A stretch of DNA of 63,880 nucleotides, the filler included, from Reclinomonas americana ATCC 50394 (lineage: Eukaryota): the NCBI GenBank assembly GCA_048213135.1. It is 18 parts of 18 records of this genome, joined end to end, with 100 filler letters (N's around TTAATTAATTAA, not from the genome) between each part and the next. Parts side by side here need not be neighbours in the genome. Positions count along the whole stretch, not along the records: positions 62,753 to 63,880 come from AFZH01020345.1; 17 more parts are not named here. One strand, given 5' to 3'. Below, one piece after another: positions 63,475-63,880 of the stretch. The notes below the pieces were generated by a model. The model was not told where the DNA came from. It worked only from the letters and a program-made list of their open reading frames with translations, and did not search any database. The stretch's first letter is position 1; each line of letters starts with the position of its first letter. The position numbers were made by a program, and so were the translations under genes.

Positions 63475-63880
63475 AATCGACAACTGCGCGCTCAGCTGGC
63501 CACTCGCTCCGAGCAAATGCTGGCGCTGTTGCGCGCCTCGCCTCGCGGCCACCCGTCGGCCTTTGCTCGTCCCTTTGATGCGTGGCACTCGGGCGTCGAG
63601 GAACCCGAGGACGATGTCAGCGGGCGCGCGGTGCCGCGTGCCGGTAGCGTCAGCGGTGGTGGTCGCAGCAGCGGTGGCAGAAGAGGTGGCGGCGGTAGCG
63701 GCGGCTTGCCCGGCCACCAACGCAGTCCGTCGACCGCCGGAGGTCGCAGCAGTAGCGGCGTCGACGACGACGACTACGATGACCACGTGCTGTACGACGG
63801 CACCGAGGACGACGAAGACGAGGAAGAACGCCGACAGCGGCAGCAGTTGCTGGGTGCCGACGACAGTGAGCGGCCACAAG
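63475..63880 (+). CDS. Internal exon of an uncharacterised Gly/Asp/Glu-rich protein, runs off the window
   Basis: Acceptor cacacag| followed by an open frame NRQLRAQLATRSEQMLALL...DDDDYDDHVLYDGTEDDEDEEERRQRQQLL with GC-rich codons like the other genes. Confidence 0.6.

Overview
Intron-rich nuclear DNA from a unicellular eukaryote (organism not identifiable from this window). It is a draft scaffold with about 20 artificial N-TTAATTAATTAA-N linkers, and several contig ends show pyrosequencing-like noise. I built the gene models by hand from splice sites and reading frame, so most entries in the ORF track are fragments or microsatellite artefacts. Left half: AP-5 adaptor beta subunit (AP5B1, +), GPI ethanolamine-phosphate transferase PIG-O (-), a coiled-coil/low-complexity gene (+), tRNA(His) guanylyltransferase THG1 (+), a WD40 gene (+), two uncharacterised genes and a short bL25-like ribosomal protein gene (-). 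Right half: a ~17.1 kb tandem duplication. Each unit carries a giant multi-exon receptor-like gene (signal peptide, PMP-like GGA/FxxN beta-helix ectodomain, Cys-rich stalk, multi-pass TM domain) and a beta-rich gene of unknown family. The junction joins bL25 exon 1 to a truncated copy of that unknown gene. The most striking signal is in splicing: more than 20 frame-consistent introns use a 5' splice site shifted by one nucleotide, GTTG(C/A)GT, instead of GTRAGT/GTGCGT. Other oddities are GATC-rich first introns, purine-to-pyrimidine polarity in long introns, a microexon array, very short intergenic spacers and mosaic divergence between the paralogues.
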